Source of the DNA: Sminthopsis crassicaudata
Lineage: Eukaryota
Direction: 5' to 3'
DNA: 64,000 nt
Assembly: GCF_048593235.1 (NCBI RefSeq)
Contig: NC_133621.1
Coordinates: 65,773,148 to 65,837,147, forward strand
Part shown: in pieces, positions 11,172 to 24,169 of the stretch
How the letters are laid out: the number at the start of each line of letters is the position of its first letter
How positions within the stretch are numbered: position 1 is the stretch's first letter
The notes under the pieces: generated by a model
The model's input: only the letters and a program-made list of their open reading frames with translations
Databases searched by the model: none
Told to the model about the DNA's origin: nothing
Translations under genes and position numbers: made by a program

Positions 11172-11660
11172 ACTAAAGATTTTGAAGTGAAAGGGACTTT
11201 GGAAACCCTAGATTTCACAGATGAGGAAATTGAAGCCAGAAAGGTTAGATACAGAGATTATGTTTCTGGCCCAAGGTCGATAGTTCAATTATTTAATACA
11301 CAAATATTGAATTATTCCCCTTTTCCACCAAAAGTAGTGTTAGATTTGCACTGATCCAATTGTTTTCCTTTCACACTAGGAGGGGACCATGACAATCAAG
11401 GAGCTGATTTGTGAAATCAATTTGAATTCCCAGGAGTGTGAATAGGGGGTGGAGAGAGAGAATGGCATAGGAGTCTATAATCAGCTCTTATAGTATTGTA
11501 GAGTTTGAGCTGGAAGGAAATTAAGAGGTTAGTTTAGTTCAGCTTCCTCATTTGACAGGCAAGGGAACTGAGTTAAGTAGCTTACCCAAGGTTGTACAGA
11601 GTGACAGATCCTGGATCTGAACCGAGATCTTCTTGGTTCCAAATATAGGATGATTTCCTG
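11172..11660 (-). mobile_element. two MIR3 fragments (about 11172-11300 and 11490-11660)
   Basis: GAAAGGGACTTT / GCTGGAAGGAAATT tails with ACAGATGAGGAAATTGA cores. Confidence 0.6.
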
Positions 11661-12099
11661 ACAGCACAGTGAGAAAAACAGTCAATTATTCTATGTGAAT
11701 TGAACCTTTGACTTGGCCTTATTAACATGTGCTCTCCTTATTGGTCTAATCAGTTATAGACAAAAGAAAAAAAAATAGGTTAGTTCACTGGTTTATTTAT
11801 TTTCCTTTGAACTGACTAGGTTCTCTTGTCTCTTGTCCTATCAGTAATGTCAGGGACAGCTGTCATGCCGTTTACACTGGTTTTTCTGCCAAGGTCACTG
11901 AAGGGAAAAGTTGAGTGTGTGCTGGGAAGCTGCACAATAAGTGGACTTTGTTTCTAGCTGATTTTTTCAAAACAGTTCATCTACAGTACACTTTGTACAG
12001 GTTTGGTTTTCCTAGATAAAAATGCTTTAGGGGAGGTTGCTTAGTTGGGGGGGGGGGTGATTTTTTCTTTGGTTTCTTGCTAAACAAAAGCTTTGTGAG

Positions 12100-12535
12100 A
12101 AAGCTTAGATTTCAAAAGACTTCGAACTGAAGGGTTCTTAGAGGTACCAATTCCTTCCTATTACAGATGGAGAAACTGAAGCCTAGTAAGAGGAGAAAAA
12201 AGGCTTTCTCAAAGGCACTTGGCTTATAAGAAATACACCTAGAATTTCAATTCAGGCCCCCTGTTCTATTCACTGTACCATCCATCTGCCTCACTTTTTA
12301 AATGAGAGGGTGGAAGTAGGATAATCTTTACAATCCTTTCCATCCCCCAAAACTAAAGAACTGAATTTAAATCCAGTCTCAGAAAATTATTAGCTGTAGA
12401 ATTCTGAATGCGTCACTTAACCTTAGCCTACCTTAGTTTCCCCATCTGTAAAATGAGAATCATAATAGCACCTACCTGCAAGGGTGGATGTGAGGATCAA
12501 ATAAAATAATCTTGGTAAAGTATTTAAAACAGTGC
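12100..12535. mobile_element. MIR3 (-, about 12100-12290) and MIR (+, about 12355-12535)
   Basis: ACAGATGGAGAAACTGAAG, and AGTTTCCCCATCTGTAAAATGAG...CACCTACC. Confidence 0.65.
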
Positions 12536-12599
12536 CCCTGCAAATTTGTTTTAAGTAACCCTAATTGAGCCCACATTAATAATGCTAGGCAATCCTATT

Positions 12600-13020
12600 A
12601 TGCTTCCCTTATCAGCTTACTATCCCACTCTCCACAGGGACTTTTTTTTAAACCTTTTCCTCCTTTTCAAACCTCCCATAACTCCCTCTCTCCCCATTTT
12701 CTCAGATGAGAATCTTACCTCATTTTTTTTAAACAGAAAAAATGAAGACATTTGCTATGAGCCCCCTCTTCTCTGCTCCTATCATTCATTTGTTACCACT
12801 TCTCCTTCATCCTATCTCACATGAAGAAGGGGCCTTTCAGCTCTAAAGTTCTATGCATTTTCTGAGGTGAATCCTCCATGGATGATTTATGAAAGAACAC
12901 AGAGGAGAATTAATAAATAAAGCATTTATTAAATACTTACTCTGTACAAAGCACTGGGGATAAAAATAAAAAATAAGACACTGGGTCCCTACCTTAGGGA
13001 ACTCATTCATGGAGAAGACA
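12600..13020. mobile_element. L2 internal fragment (+) and L2 3' end (-)
   Basis: CTCAGATGAGAATCTTACCTCATTTT...AAAAAATGAAG, and AAGCATTTATTAAATACTTACTCTGT...GGGGATA. Confidence 0.55.
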
Positions 13021-13136
13021 ATGCATAGTCATATAGGCTAGGTAATAATAGCTGGCTGGCCATGCATGCAGCCAGGCATGGGTAGGTTGTGATCTGTATT
13101 TAGGAATCATCATATTGAAGACATAATGCATATTAA

Positions 13137-13358
13137 AGGCAGCTAGGTGACATGGTGGATAGAGCACCAGACTTGGAATCAAAAAGACCTGTATTCAAAT
13201 CTGAACATAGATACTTAGCAGTTGTGTGACCATGAGCAAATCGTTTAACTATTTGCTCTATGCTGGTTAACTATAGAATGGGAATAATAATATTACCTAC
13301 CTCCCGTGGTTAGTCAAGGATTAAATGAGATCTTAAAGCATTTTATAAATGCTATTTT
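13137..13358 (+). mobile_element. MIR
   Basis: GGCAGCTAGGTG...GGATAGAGCACCAGACTTGGAATC...ACCTACCTCCC...AAATGCTATTT. Confidence 0.8.
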
Positions 13359-14689
13359 TTAGTGTGTTTATTATATTGGGAAGTATTTTTTAACATGATT
13401 CCCCAGTTTTTCCTCCTAAGGGTGAATAACATATTCTGTTTTATCATTATCTGATTGATAATACAGTGGGAAAACGTTCAGTAGTGTAGACAGAATTAGT
13501 GGGCTCTTTTACAAAGAAACAGAGAAAGAATCTTAAAAACAAAAAGATGCAGTCAGTCCAATGTGTCACTTTATGCTAGTTAGAAATGTTTATTCAAGAA
13601 AGCACAAGATGACCATCTGATGACCTGGTTTAAAATGCTGGTTTAAAAATGTGAATTGGAAAATAAGAAATCTATGCCAGAAAGAGAGGAAGCACATACA
13701 AATCAACCCTGTGTTCTGAACATCAATGGTAACATTCCAAGTCACCAGAATTCAAGAAATTCTTTTCATTAGCCCATAAAATTTATAAAAGCAACATGCA
13801 AATGTGTGAACCATATGAATATTTTTAATGGACATTTGCTAGGTGGAAGATTGATTGATCCATTTAATGAGGTTACAAGAGGTAAGCCTTCTCTGGGGAC
13901 TTTAATTGTACCTCAGCTAAGTAAGGTGTGAACATGACGATGAATTGGGCTTTGAGAAAGGATCTGGACCCATTAATAAGCATGAGTGACTAAGTTTCAT
14001 GGGTGACTTAGTTTATCTGTGTTTTAGGTTATTTTGGATTAGAACCACTCCTTTGTACTGGAAGGTCTTGTTGCCTTAAGATACTCTTGAGAGAGTATAG
14101 CAAGTAATTTATTTTTTAAATAGTATTTTATTTTTCCAAATACAGGCAAAAATAGTTTTCAACATTTACCTTTGCAACATACACATAGAGAGAATTAAGA
14201 TTTTCCGGGGGGAAAAAAAAAGATGTGGTGAGATTCAATGACAGACAGTTAAACTATTACTTAAATGAAATAAAAGGCTAGAATTCAACCAACTCCTGGC
14301 TGACAAAAGTCTCCAAAATGATATGTCCCCTTTGGCTAGGAACACGAAGTAGACATTTAATTTATGACAGCATTTGATATAATTGTATTGTGTTCGAGGT
14401 GATTTTTCTCACATTCAGCTACCAAACAAGTGCCTACTGATTTCCAGTAGCTGCTGTATGCCAGATGTGTATTATCTCATCATGGACACATGCCTCCAAG
14501 ATGCTGGGTTGCTTCCTCAGTTCATAGGCATGCCTGGTACCACCCCAAAGTGCTGAAAGAAATGATAACCTGCTCAAGCAGACCTTGTCCAAGGGATAAG
14601 AGAAAGAAAAGGAAACTGTGTTTAAGATTGAACTGAAGTTTATCTACTTTCCTGGTCAAAACCAATCCTTGAATGATGCTTGTTGACAG

Positions 14690-15000
14690 AAAAAAAGGGG
14701 GGAAATTGAGAGGAAAGAACATTCCTGACAGTAATGGCCAGTGATGAAAGTCAGGGCAGTCATATCAGGGATATTAACCAGGTTTGTTGGGCTGGGATGG
14801 AGAGAGATAGGAGGTGAGGACAGTTAGTGAGGGGAGAGGTTGGTGGGAAAAGGAGGATAAAAAATTGTGAGTGTACTTGAGAGCATTGTATCAAAAGCAA
14901 AAAGTTGCATTTGAAATGAGAAATTGAGGTTAACTGTAGCTTTGTTACACAGGAGTGATATGATCAAAACAATACTTGAAAAGAGAATTCTTTGTGTTAT
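14690..15000 (-). mobile_element. old L2 fragment
   Basis: Purine-rich L2-like text (GAACATTCCTGACAG...GATATGATCAAAAC...TTGAAAAG). Confidence 0.4.
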
Positions 15001-15144
15001 ATCTGTTTCTGAAAATGAGGTAGTACTTACTGTCAAGGCCAACCTCTCTCTCATACTTTTGATTACCTCCCCTACAGTCTCTTCTGGCAGCTTGTCCTAT
15101 TAGATCCTATTCCACTAAACACATATTTCCCTCTTCTCTTAGTT

Positions 15145-15360
15145 CCTTTTTACCTCCTCCTTCTTCTTTTCCTCCTCCTCCTCTTCTTCTCTTCCTCTTC
15201 CTCTTTCTCTTTCTCTTTCTTCTCCCTTCCTCCTCCTTTTCTCCTCTTTTTCTCCTCCTTTTTCCTCCTTCTCTTCCTCCTTCATTCTTCTTTTTCTTCT
15301 TCATTTCTTCTTCTTCCTTCATATTCTTCCTCTTTCTTTTTCTTTTTTTTCTCTCCTTTA
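15145..15360. repeat. polypyrimidine (TTC/TCC)n tract
   Basis: About 215 bp, almost entirely C/T. It explains ORF 15107-15391. Confidence 0.95.
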
Positions 15361-15624
15361 CCTCCCTAGCTACTATAGCCTTTTTTTTCACTCACAGATA
15401 TGCTCAAGTGCTTTCCCCATCCTTAAAAAACCTCCACTTACATAGCATCCCTTCAAGATATTGTCCTAAATCTCTCCTCCCTTTCACAGCCGAATTCATC
15501 TATACTCTTCCCCCTCCCCATGTCTTGTCTCACTGTATTCTTACCTGATTCCAGTCTGGTTTCCAAAGACATCATTCAAGTGAAACTATCCTCTCCAAGG
15601 TAACGGATGATGTTTTAATTGCTA

Positions 15625-15785
15625 AACCATAGGGGAATAGGCTTAGAGATATGGGGGCCTTACTAGTCACTCCCTCATTTGCAGATAGAGGTGAAATACC
15701 TTGGCCAAAGTCACACAGGCAGAAAGTGGCAATTGGACCCAGTTCCACTGACTATAAATCCTAGGGTTTTTGTTCTGTTCTCATG
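15625..15785 (-). mobile_element. MIR3/MIR nested in L2
   Basis: CTCATTTGCAGATAGAGG...GGCCAAAGTCACACAG. Confidence 0.55.
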
Positions 15786-16358
15786 ATGTTTCAGTCAGCC
15801 CTCATCTTCCTTGACCTCTCAGAATCTTTGACTCTTGTTAGCCTTTCCTTCTTCCTGGATATTCTCCTGCACTTGGTTTTTTGTGATACTGGTTCTGGTT
15901 TTTCATGTCCAAAAACACAGGCAGGAGAAAGTATCCAAGAAATATTTTTCCACCTGGTTCTCAACCTGCTTAGCTAATTTATCCTACATGTCTTGCCCAC
16001 TCTCTTTTGGGCCTTCTATCTTCTTTTCATTCTGTACACATTCTTTCTCAATGATGTCATCAACTCCCATGGGTTCAATTATAACCTGTATGCAGATGGA
16101 TCCCAGATTTATATAGCAACCTTAGGCTTTCCATAGTTCCAATTGACCAGATGCTTATGGGACATTTTCAATGGGATGTACATCTCTTAAACTCAATGTG
16201 TGTGAAGTAGAACCTATTATCTTTTCTGCACTAGCCCATCCCTCTTCCCAATTTCCCTAGTTCTCTTGAGCATAGCAACATTCTTCCACACAGTTCACAG
16301 CTTTAGTCATCCTTGATTCTTCACTCTCTTTCAATCTTTATATCTAGTAAGTTGACAA

Positions 16359-16621
16359 ATTTTGTTGATTCTATATCAACATTTATTTCAATTACATCAT
16401 TTCTCTCCACTTACATGCCCAAGTTCAGTTTTAACCTGGGCTATTGCAATTGCCTCCTAACTGACCTTACCACTTCAAGGTTCTCCCTTCATTTTGTTGA
16501 TCCTATCTTAACATTTATTTCAGTTGTTACATCATTTTTCTCTACTTACATGGTCAAGGTTCTGACCTGGCCTATTGCATTTGCCTCCTAATTTACCTTA
16601 CCACTTCAAGGTTTTCCCTCC
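16359..16621 (+). repeat. head-to-tail tandem duplication, about 131-bp unit
   Basis: Copies at 16359-16490 and 16491-16621 both start ATTTTGTTGAT and end CACTTCAAGGTT(C/T)TCCCT. Confidence 0.9.
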
Positions 16622-17619
16622 TTGAGTCTATTCTGCACATAGTCAACAAGCAGATTATTTTTAAAATACAGATTTGACCATGAGATCCCCTTGCTCAAGA
16701 AGCTCTAGTTCTTCTATACAACTTTTAAGGTAAAATATAAATGCCTCTTTTTGCCTTTTAAAGCTCTTCGATCATCTGGCGCCAACTTCCCTCTCCTGGC
16801 TCACTGGACATTTATCTTTCTTGACCCCTTTATTTGCTCCTGCCCTGAAATTACTTTGTATTTACTTTATTTATTTTATTGACTGATTAATGTACATGTT
16901 ATTTTCTCCACCTCCCAACAAGATATAAGCCTCTTGAGGTCAAAAATTATTTAATCTCTGTCTTGCTAGCACCTAGCCCAGGTTCTAACACATATTAGGG
17001 ACTTTAAAATGGCTACTAAATTGAACTGATTTGTATGCAAGGTAACTAGGAGAGGGGAAAATTTTGAAGTGAAGTCACAAATTAGAATTAGTTCCCATAT
17101 TCTAAGTGCTAGATCAAAAATAGGCATGGCTGTTTGAACAAAAAAGAAGAAATTTGTTTTGCTCTGACTGTATATTTGTTATAAAGGTTTTGATTTTCTT
17201 TTTTTTTTCAATAAAAGACATGGAAGGAAGAGATTAATGAATGTTTAAATGCTAAATTTAAAAAAAACAAATTAAAAGAAAAAATATAACAGATCCAAAA
17301 GGGCAAAATGTCAAGATTTGAGCATGATTCACTCTTACTTTTGTTTTCTAGTTCACTTTGTGCAGTCTCCAAATCCTTTTTTAATTGTATCTCCAATGTT
17401 TGACTTTTTCCTTATTGGAGAACCTGAAAATCCTAGCTCAATCACTTACTGTATGTTTAACTTTGTAAAGTGCTGCTATGGGGCTAGAATACCAAAGGTC
17501 TGTTCTAGCTTCAAATTAATGATCTCCCTCATGGTCAGTATCACCCTAGTCCAGAACCTCATCCCCTTTCATTTGGGTTTTTGAAATAATACTTATGCCT
17601 TTAGTGCTTTTACTCCCTA

Positions 17620-18160
17620 CTTGATGCAACACACTGTTGTCATAGCAATATTCCTAAAGCACATTTTGGATCCTCTCATCCCACCCAGACACCCTGTTCT
17701 CCAATACTCACTTAAAAATAAGGACTCCCATTCAAGGTTCTTCACAAGGCCCTCCTTACTTGCTTCATTCTCCTATCAAGCTAAAACATCCTTCACTTTC
17801 CTATTTCTATAACTTCTCCTAGCTATATGTAATGCCCGTAGCCCAACAAGGTTGTCCATTAATTCCTACCCACTTACTTACCAATCCTATTATTCTAGGC
17901 CAAGGTCAGTTCTCTTCCTGTGAAACTTTCTCTGATTACCCACTTTCCCCTTTTTCCTCCCTTCCACCCCCCCAATCCCAGCAGGAACTAAACTATCTCT
18001 CCTGATAACATTGTTTGGCTCTCCTGACACTTGGACAGCCTGCTTTCACCAAAGCTCTGTATATATCTTATCTCTCCTACTAGTTTGCTCCTACTCCTTG
18101 AGGCCAGGAATAATGCCTTATTAAAATTTGTAGAAGGAGCTCAGAAAATATTTGTTCTCT
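17620..18160 (+). mobile_element. old L2 3' fragment
   Basis: TTCCTAAAGCACA...CCTGTGAAACTTTCTCTGAT...CTCCTTGAGGCCAGG. Confidence 0.5.
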
Positions 18161-18344
18161 GTGAGACTATTTTTCCACAGGCAATAGTCTTAAAATGACT
18201 AGATATGTTAGGAGAAGAAAAGAAGATGATACCGAAGGAGTAAAGTGATAAATTGTGAACCTGAGAGATGAGGGAAGTAGTGGTAACAATGATAGTCATT
18301 ATGAACTTGGGGAAAATTTGAGCTAAAAATATGGCACTCTTTTT

Positions 18345-18746
18345 TTTGGATTCTTTTTTTATTAAAGCTTTTTTATTTACAAAACATCTGCATGGGTAGT
18401 TTTTCACATTGATCTTTGCAAAGCCTTCTGTTCCAACTTTTCCCCTTCTTCCTCCCACTCTTCCCCTAGATGGCAGGTAGTTCCATACATGTTAAATATG
18501 TTAAAGTATATGTTAAATACAATATATGTATACATAGTTATACAGTTGTCTTGCTGCACAAGAAAAATTGGATCAAGAAGGAAAAAAAACTGAGAAAGTA
18601 AACAAAATGCAAGCAAACAATAATAGAAAGAGTGAAAATGCTATGTTGTGATCCACACTCATTTCCTGTAGTTCTCTCTCTGGCTTTCTTCATCACTGAA
18701 CAATTGGAATGGTTTGAATCATCTCATTGTTGAAGAGAGCCAAGTG
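18345..18746 (-). mobile_element. 5'-truncated dasyurid-type L1 with TSD
   Basis: ATTAAAGCTTTTTATTTACAAAAC...CCCCTAGATGGCAGG.... Exact 14-bp TSD ATGGCACTCTTTTT at 18331-18344 and 18747-18760. Confidence 0.92.
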
Positions 18747-19228
18747 ATGGCACTCTTTTTAAGAGCAAAAATTCAATACCTGTTAAGCTCTTACTGCCTG
18801 CAAAGCACTTTGCCAGATACTGGTGATATAAGGATAGATAAAACATTGGCCTTGCTTTCAAAGATTTGCATGTTAATGGGATAAGTAGGAAAAAATATAA
18901 AAGTAATTATCATACAATCAAGAACGAGATGAATGTGAAGGAGCAAGTTAGGTAAGGTTTTATTCAAGAGAATCCTTGAACTCATGAGCTTATTTTCCTA
19001 CCACGAATCAAAGATTCATGGAGTGACAGATTGTGTAAAACCCTCAAAGTTCATTTAGTCCAACATATATCCAAATTATGAATCCAGTAATAAAACACCC
19101 CAATGATGAGCACCTCATTATCCTTTGTGCTAGTCCATATGCTCTTCATAAAAATATTACAATTGGTAATATTACAAATTACTTAGTTAGCAAGAATCTG
19201 AGGCTAAATTTAAATTCAGGTTCTCCTG

Positions 19229-19818
19229 NNNNNNNNNNNNNNNNNNNNNNNNNNNNNNNNNNNNNNNNNNNNNNNNNNNNNNNNNNNNNNNNNNNNNNNN
19301 NNNNNNNNNNNNNNNNNNNNNNNNNNNNNNNNNNNNNNNNNNNNNNNNNNNNNNNNNNNNNNNNNNNNNNNNNNNNNNNNNNNNNNNNNNNNNNNNNNNN
19401 NNNNNNNNNNNNNNNNNNNNNNNNNNNNNNNNNNNNNNNNNNNNNNNNNNNNNNNNNNNNNNNNNNNNNNNNNNNNNNNNNNNNNNNNNNNNNNNNNNNN
19501 NNNNNNNNNNNNNNNNNNNNNNNNNNNNNNNNNNNNNNNNNNNNNNNNNNNNNNNNNNNNNNNNNNNNNNNNNNNNNNNNNNNNNNNNNNNNNNNNNNNN
19601 NNNNNNNNNNNNNNNNNNNNNNNNNNNNNNNNNNNNNNNNNNNNNNNNNNNNNNNNNNNNNNNNNNNNNNNNNNNNNNNNNNNNNNNNNNNNNNNNNNNN
19701 NNNNNNNNNNNNNNNNNNNNNNNNNNNNNNNNNNNNNNNNNNNNNNNNNNNNNNNNNNNNNNNNNNNNNNNNNNNNNNNNNNNNNNNNNNNNNNNNNNNN
19801 NNNNNNNNNNNNNNNNNN
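19229..19818. other. assembly gap
   Basis: N run preceded by a SINE-like end. Confidence 1.
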
Positions 19819-20169
19819 TGAACTCATTCTAGGTGGTGCCGATTGAACTTTCCTTTTTTTTTTCAGTAGTCATGAAGCAAGCACTTAATAATCTACTGTA
19901 TAATTCTCAACACTAGAAATCAAAATAAAAGTAACCAGTTCACATACTTTGAAGAATCTACTTTCTTATCATTTAAGAAAACTGAACATTCCTTAAGTTT
20001 GCTCTGATTTGCTCTGATTCATTCCTCAGAAACCTGAAAGTTCTTTGAGGTTAGACAATATGGTTGATCTGAGACAGATGATCTTAATTTATTGAAAGTA
20101 GGTGCAATCTGATCATCTCCTTATTTATCTTCAGTTTTTTAATTCTCTGTTTACTTCTTTTGTTCTATT

Positions 20170-20440
20170 CTTTTTCTTGTCTAAAGATCTTTCTCCTTGG
20201 TAAAAACAGACAAAATAGGAATTGAATGGGCCTTCCTTCTCTCAGTCATCCACTGTCCATCATTTCACTTTCCCCAAACACAGCATCCCTAGATTTTCTT
20301 TGATCTGATTCTTGCTCCCCAGCATATCTCAAAATGCCCTTTCTGTTGTCCTCGGAATTTATTGCAAACATTAGCTCATATTGGTCCTTAAATTTCCTTG
20401 AAATTACTGTTATAGGAGTATATCATTCTTGTATTCATAT
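20170..20440 (-). mobile_element. L3/CR1 internal fragment
   Basis: AAAACAGACAAAATAGGAATTGAAT...CCCTTTCTGTTGTCCT...TAGCTCAT, a CR1-like ORF2 segment. Confidence 0.5.
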
Positions 20441-20857
20441 TCAGTTATCCCTCCTCCCTTCAGTGTTTTTGTATATATTGATCTTTAAGGGAGAACACAA
20501 AAGTGGGGGTGGAATGATGGATTTTTTTTAAAATCATGCCCAATGACTAAAATAATGAATAATTGGCATAAAGAATGGAAAGGACAATCTTAGGCTTAAA
20601 AAACAGAATATACCTATGTCTTTGAGTCAAATCATTTGAAGAAAAAAAGAAAAAAAAAGCAAAAGACATTTTTTCCATTTCTACCATAAATTCTTCTGAA
20701 TATTTACACTGTTTTTAAAACCTCAAAGATAACTGAAAATGAGGATTAGTGATATCTGTGCACGTATAAGTTCAGTAAATTAATTAAAGGCATAGTAGCG
20801 CTGATGTCCATGACTATCTCTTTCTGCCACATGACACAAAATCAATACTTTTTGGTG

Positions 20858-21515
20858 TATACCACTGCTAGGTCTCTATCCCAAAAGAGATAGAGGAAAA
20901 GGACTTATATGTACAAGAATATTTATATCAGCTTTTTTCTCAAAGCAAAGAATTGGAAATGGAAGGGATGCCCATCAATTGGGAAATGGCTGAACAAATT
21001 GTGGTATATAATTATGATTAAATGTTTTTGTGCTATAAGAAATAATGAGCAGGATGCTCTCAGAAAATCCTGGAAAAATTTACATGAACTGATGCAAAGT
21101 GAAATGTACTGAGCACAAAGTGACAGCAATATTGTAAGATGATCAGCTGTGAATGAATTAGCTATTCTCAGTAATATAATGATCTAAGATAACGTTGAAG
21201 GATTTATGAAAAATGCTGTCTATACCCAGAGAAAGAACTGATGGTGTCTGAATAAAGATTGAGGCATACTTTTTTTTTAACTTTATTTTTTGAGGATATT
21301 TTTATCTGCTTTCTTTCACAGCATGACTATTATGGAAATGTTTTTCATGACTACACATGTATAACCTATATCAAATTGCTTGCCTTTTCTATGGCAGGAG
21401 TCAGAGGGGTACAGATGAAAAGGGAGAAAGGAAGAGAATTTTGAACTCAAAGTTTTAAAAATGAATAGTAAACATTATTTTTACTTATATATGAGGGAAA
21501 ATACTAATTTTTTAA
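20858..21515 (+). mobile_element. L1 3' fragment
   Basis: ORF 20909-21112 KAKNWKWKGCPSIGKWLNKLWY...SWKNLHELMQSE, then the L1 3' UTR. Confidence 0.9.
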
Positions 21516-21823
21516 TTTGTCCAAAAACCTGAAACCCAAGTATTTAATATGAATATAAAGTGGGTAAGATCACTATGAGATTGTATAAAGAAATTCTGCT
21601 CCCAGTTACCTATCAGGCCCTAGAGTTACTATATTTGAAGATCATGTTTTCATTGTAAGGGAGAAACCTAGAAGAATCATCCAAGGATGAATAGACTTAA
21701 GATTATAGATAGCTTTATTAATAATTGGAAATTAATGATTATATTCATATTGGTAAAGCTGTGGTCTTTATCACCCTTCCTCCTCACAACTCCTAAAAGG
21801 AAAGTATAAAGATAATTCTATAA

Positions 21824-21834
21824 ACACCCACACA

Positions 21835-21872
<38 letters not shown>
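21824..21872. repeat. (CA)n microsatellite
   Basis: Direct reading. Confidence 0.95.
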
Positions 21873-21876
<4 letters not shown>

Positions 21877-23084
21877 TTTAAAAACTAAAGGGAGAGCATG
21901 AGGACTAAATGCAATATGAGCTACTTGTTACCTATGTGGATGTTTTTATTACTCCCTATCTCTTGTGAATAATTTTCTCAGTTCTTAATGACATCCTTTA
22001 TTACCTACTACCAAGCAAAGCCAAGAGAAAAGTGAGCTATACCCTTACTCTGGTTCTAAAGTAGAATTTGCTATTGTCCTGTGGATCATCCTATGGAATA
22101 GCACGGTCAGTTTGGAATAAGCCCCCAGGAGACTTTCTTCTGTCAGACAATCATTATGGAAGTGGCTCTTCTGAATAATTTTTCAACACCCAAATGTCTC
22201 CAATTAGCACAGATGTATTTTTTTGACCACTCTGACTTTTTAAACTAGAACTATAATCATTTGCCTCAAAGACAGCAAGCTCAGGAGGGGCTCCTTTTGT
22301 CCAGCCATCCAACCTATTCGGTATTTATTTGATATGTCTCCCTTGAGCTTTTATTGTTGGGGGCCAGGGGGAGGACTTGCCTAGCCTGCCGTCAATGACC
22401 ATTTTGCAATGTTCCTCTTTATTAAAAGATGGAACTCTTTATCCCAGCCTTTAGAGAGGGCCAAGTACATGCCTGGATTCAGATGTTTGGCTTTCTCTAA
22501 TTCCAATTAGGCTTTGTGTATCATACATTTGATACTGTTGCAAGGTGAAATCCCTGTAGGGAAGTTCTGTGAGATTTGTGAAAAAGCAGCATTACGTCTT
22601 TGTAGCTCTGCTGCCAAGAGGGGTTGACTGGAATGGATTATTTCTTCAACAACATTCACAGGAAAGCTTGCCTCTGTCTTCACTGACTGGATTGGAAAAG
22701 TAAGTTTCAATTTGTGCCTTTTCTGAAGACCACTTAACCATTCCAGTTTTGTTGTGGGTATTTGTTTTCACTGGCCTTAATGATTTTCTTAATAATAATA
22801 ATAATGTCTTAATAATTTAGTTAATAATGTCAAGTTATTAGCCCATGAATTTACTCTGTTAGTATTGAAAAGATTCAGAAGCTACCTTGAAAGGAGAGCC
22901 ATTCTGATTACTTTGTGGCAGTGACAAGTAAGATCACCATGGAAATGTTTGATATATTGCTCAGAGAAACAAATGTTTTAGCCTTTGCCATGCCAATGAA
23001 CTGAGCACTTTCATGGGACCTGGCACCTTCTCTTTCCATGAGAATTCACTTATGGAAAAAGAACACACAAATGAATGGGTAGGG

Positions 23085-24165
23085 GTAAGAGCTCTAGTCG
23101 TACATTAAGAGACTCGGATTCAAATTTTCCTTCAGAAGTATATTATTTACGTGATCCTGCCTCAGCTTTCTCATCTGTGAAATGGGCAGTTTAATGAAAC
23201 GATTTCAGAGACTCTACCAATTCCAGATCTATGATGCCGTGAGCACATTAGCCTCCAATTACTGTTCCAATTAGGCTTACTGAGAAAGAGGACCATCTTT
23301 TGAATTTATTTATCTATCACTTAGCAAATGGCAGGCACAGGAACGTAATGAATATTTATAAACTGTCCAAACTTTTGTTCCAACATATTAAAGCTTTCTT
23401 ATTATGAAGGTTCAGAATTCCTAAGAGAAAAAGCCTGATGGTTTTTCTCTAATGCAAAAATTTTTCATCAGTATTAAGATTAGTACGAAAGATACACAGT
23501 ATTGGGTAGTAGAAAGAACTTTGGATTTATAGTTACAATTGCTAAGGTAAAAAAAATGAGGCTTCTGGCACTTAATTAGTTTTGTGATCCTGGCAAAGTC
23601 CCTTAATTTCTCTGAACCTCAGTTTCCTCATCTGTAAAATGACTCACTTCCTAAAGTTGTTATGAGTATCAAGGGATAATAGACTTTGAATTGGAAGGTA
23701 CCTTAAATTTCATTTAGTTTAAACACTCTTAAGGATGAAGACACTGATTTTTAAGTGATTTGTCCAAGATCACACAGAGAGTAAGAAGCAGAGTTGGGAT
23801 TTGAATACAACTCATCTGACTCCAAATCCAGCATTCTTTCCACTACATTGGCCCTCTCCAATGAAATAATGTATGTAAAATGTTTTGTACACCTTCAAAC
23901 AGTAAAATTAAAGCAGAAAAAATATATATTAGTTATCCACTATATGCTGGATAGGAGGCAGTTAGATGGTTCAGCAGATAGCATATTGAACCTGGAGAGA
24001 GGAATACCTGAGTTCAAATTTAACCTACGATACTAACTAGCTCTGGGCAAGTTCCTTAACCTTTGTCTTCTGGACAAATGAAATTAATAATAGTATCTAT
24101 CTTCCAGGATTGTTGTGAAGCTAAAATAAAATAATATCTCTAAAGTGTTTTGCAAATATTAAAGC
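23085..24165. mobile_element. cluster of MIR/MIR3 and an L2 end (MIR3 +, L2 +, MIR +, MIR3 -, MIR +)
   Basis: Repeated CTCAGTTTCCTCATCTGTAAAAT, GAGTTCAAAT and GAATTGGAAGGTACC motifs. Confidence 0.7.
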
Positions 24166-24169
24166 CATA

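Larger units (their letters stand above)
15050..17030 (+). mobile_element. long L2 relic (RT region to 3' end), interrupted
   Basis: TTCCAGTCTGGTTTC...GAAACTATCCTCTCCAAGGTAAC (FQSGF..ET.LSKV) and CTCATCTTCCTTGACCTCTCAG (LIFLDLS), ending in an L2 3' terminus. Confidence 0.85.

Noticed and set aside
15107-15391. Highly charged K/E/R ORF
   Set aside because: Translation of the purine strand of a simple repeat.
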